A stretch of DNA of 64,000 bases from Octopus sinensis. Lineage: Eukaryota. How positions within the stretch are numbered: the stretch's first letter is position 1; each line of letters starts with the position of its first letter. Where the stretch lies: assembly GCF_006345805.1 (NCBI RefSeq), contig NC_043025.1:8308001-8372000 (forward strand). The letters run 5' to 3'. The notes below the pieces were generated by a model. It saw only the letters and a program-made list of their open reading frames with translations, did not search any database and was not told the DNA's origin. The position numbers and the translations under genes are program-made. Of this stretch, positions 63,385 through 64,000 are shown piece by piece.

Positions 63385-64000
63385 GGATCTTTTCCTTTTG
63401 ATAGCCAGATTTCAATACAATTTCTAGTTAACTAAACACTTTAAAACTTCATATACTGGTAGAATGTGTTTATAAAACATCATTTTTTCTTGGTTTTATT
63501 GAGAAAATTCTATGGTTTGTAAGATATTTCGTCTGAAAATCTGAGCATTTTGGCAATTTTAACCAATCGATTACCTCCATTTAGGTAAACACCATTTGCT
63601 GCGTCTAAAACTGAGACAACATCCTGTAACTAACCCTAAACCTCCCCCTAACCCTAACGGAAAGTTTGTGTATAAAATTATAGAATTATTTTGATTGTTA
63701 ATTGTTTAAATCACTTTCCATTGCTATCGGGTTTTTTTACACGCGTAACAATTAAATTAATTTAACAATTAAGAAAAAAAAAATTAGGGTTAGGGTTAGT
63801 TACAGGATGTTATCTCAGTTTTAGACGCAGCAAATGGTGTTTACCTAAATGGAGGTAATTGATTGGTTAAAATTGCCGAAATGCTCGGATTTTCAGACGA
63901 AATATCTTACAAACTATAGAATTTTCTCAATAAAGCCAAGAAAAAAATGATGTTTTATAAACACATTCTACCAGTATACGAAGTTTAAAAGTGTTTAGTT
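63385..64000. mobile_element. Second copy of the TTAGGG-containing fold-back element (runs off the window)
   Basis: Colinear match to 4217-4900. Confidence 0.8.

Overview
Animal genomic DNA: AT-rich and dense in microsatellites and SINEs. The repeat families suggest an octopus or other coleoid cephalopod (inference). Two convergent spliced genes were reconstructed by hand. (1) Tyrosine aminotransferase (TAT), + strand: 10 coding exons from 1945 to 26814; the 5' exon(s) lie upstream of the window. (2) Mitochondrial ATP synthase subunit s / factor B (ATP5S/DMAC2L), - strand: 4 coding exons from 52413 to 42445, 210 aa. Most of the rest is transposon debris: four or more SINE-like families, RTE, CR1-like and R4/Dong-like LINE ends, a decayed Penelope-like element (PLE), Tc1 and DD37D (maT) transposons, non-autonomous Helitrons, and MITEs. 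There is also a 3.6-kb array of a 66-bp unit, long simple repeats and a 100-N gap. The most interesting unexplained signal is a set of type I hammerhead-ribozyme-like motifs. One is fully canonical (12616-12697, - strand) and several have variant cores. They co-occur with long fold-back palindromes, three of which fold at or next to a hammerhead-like motif. No prokaryotic-type system and no CRISPR array was found. Most of the supplied ORF track is repeat-derived artefact. All coordinates and alignments were read by eye, no search was run, and repeat boundaries are approximate.
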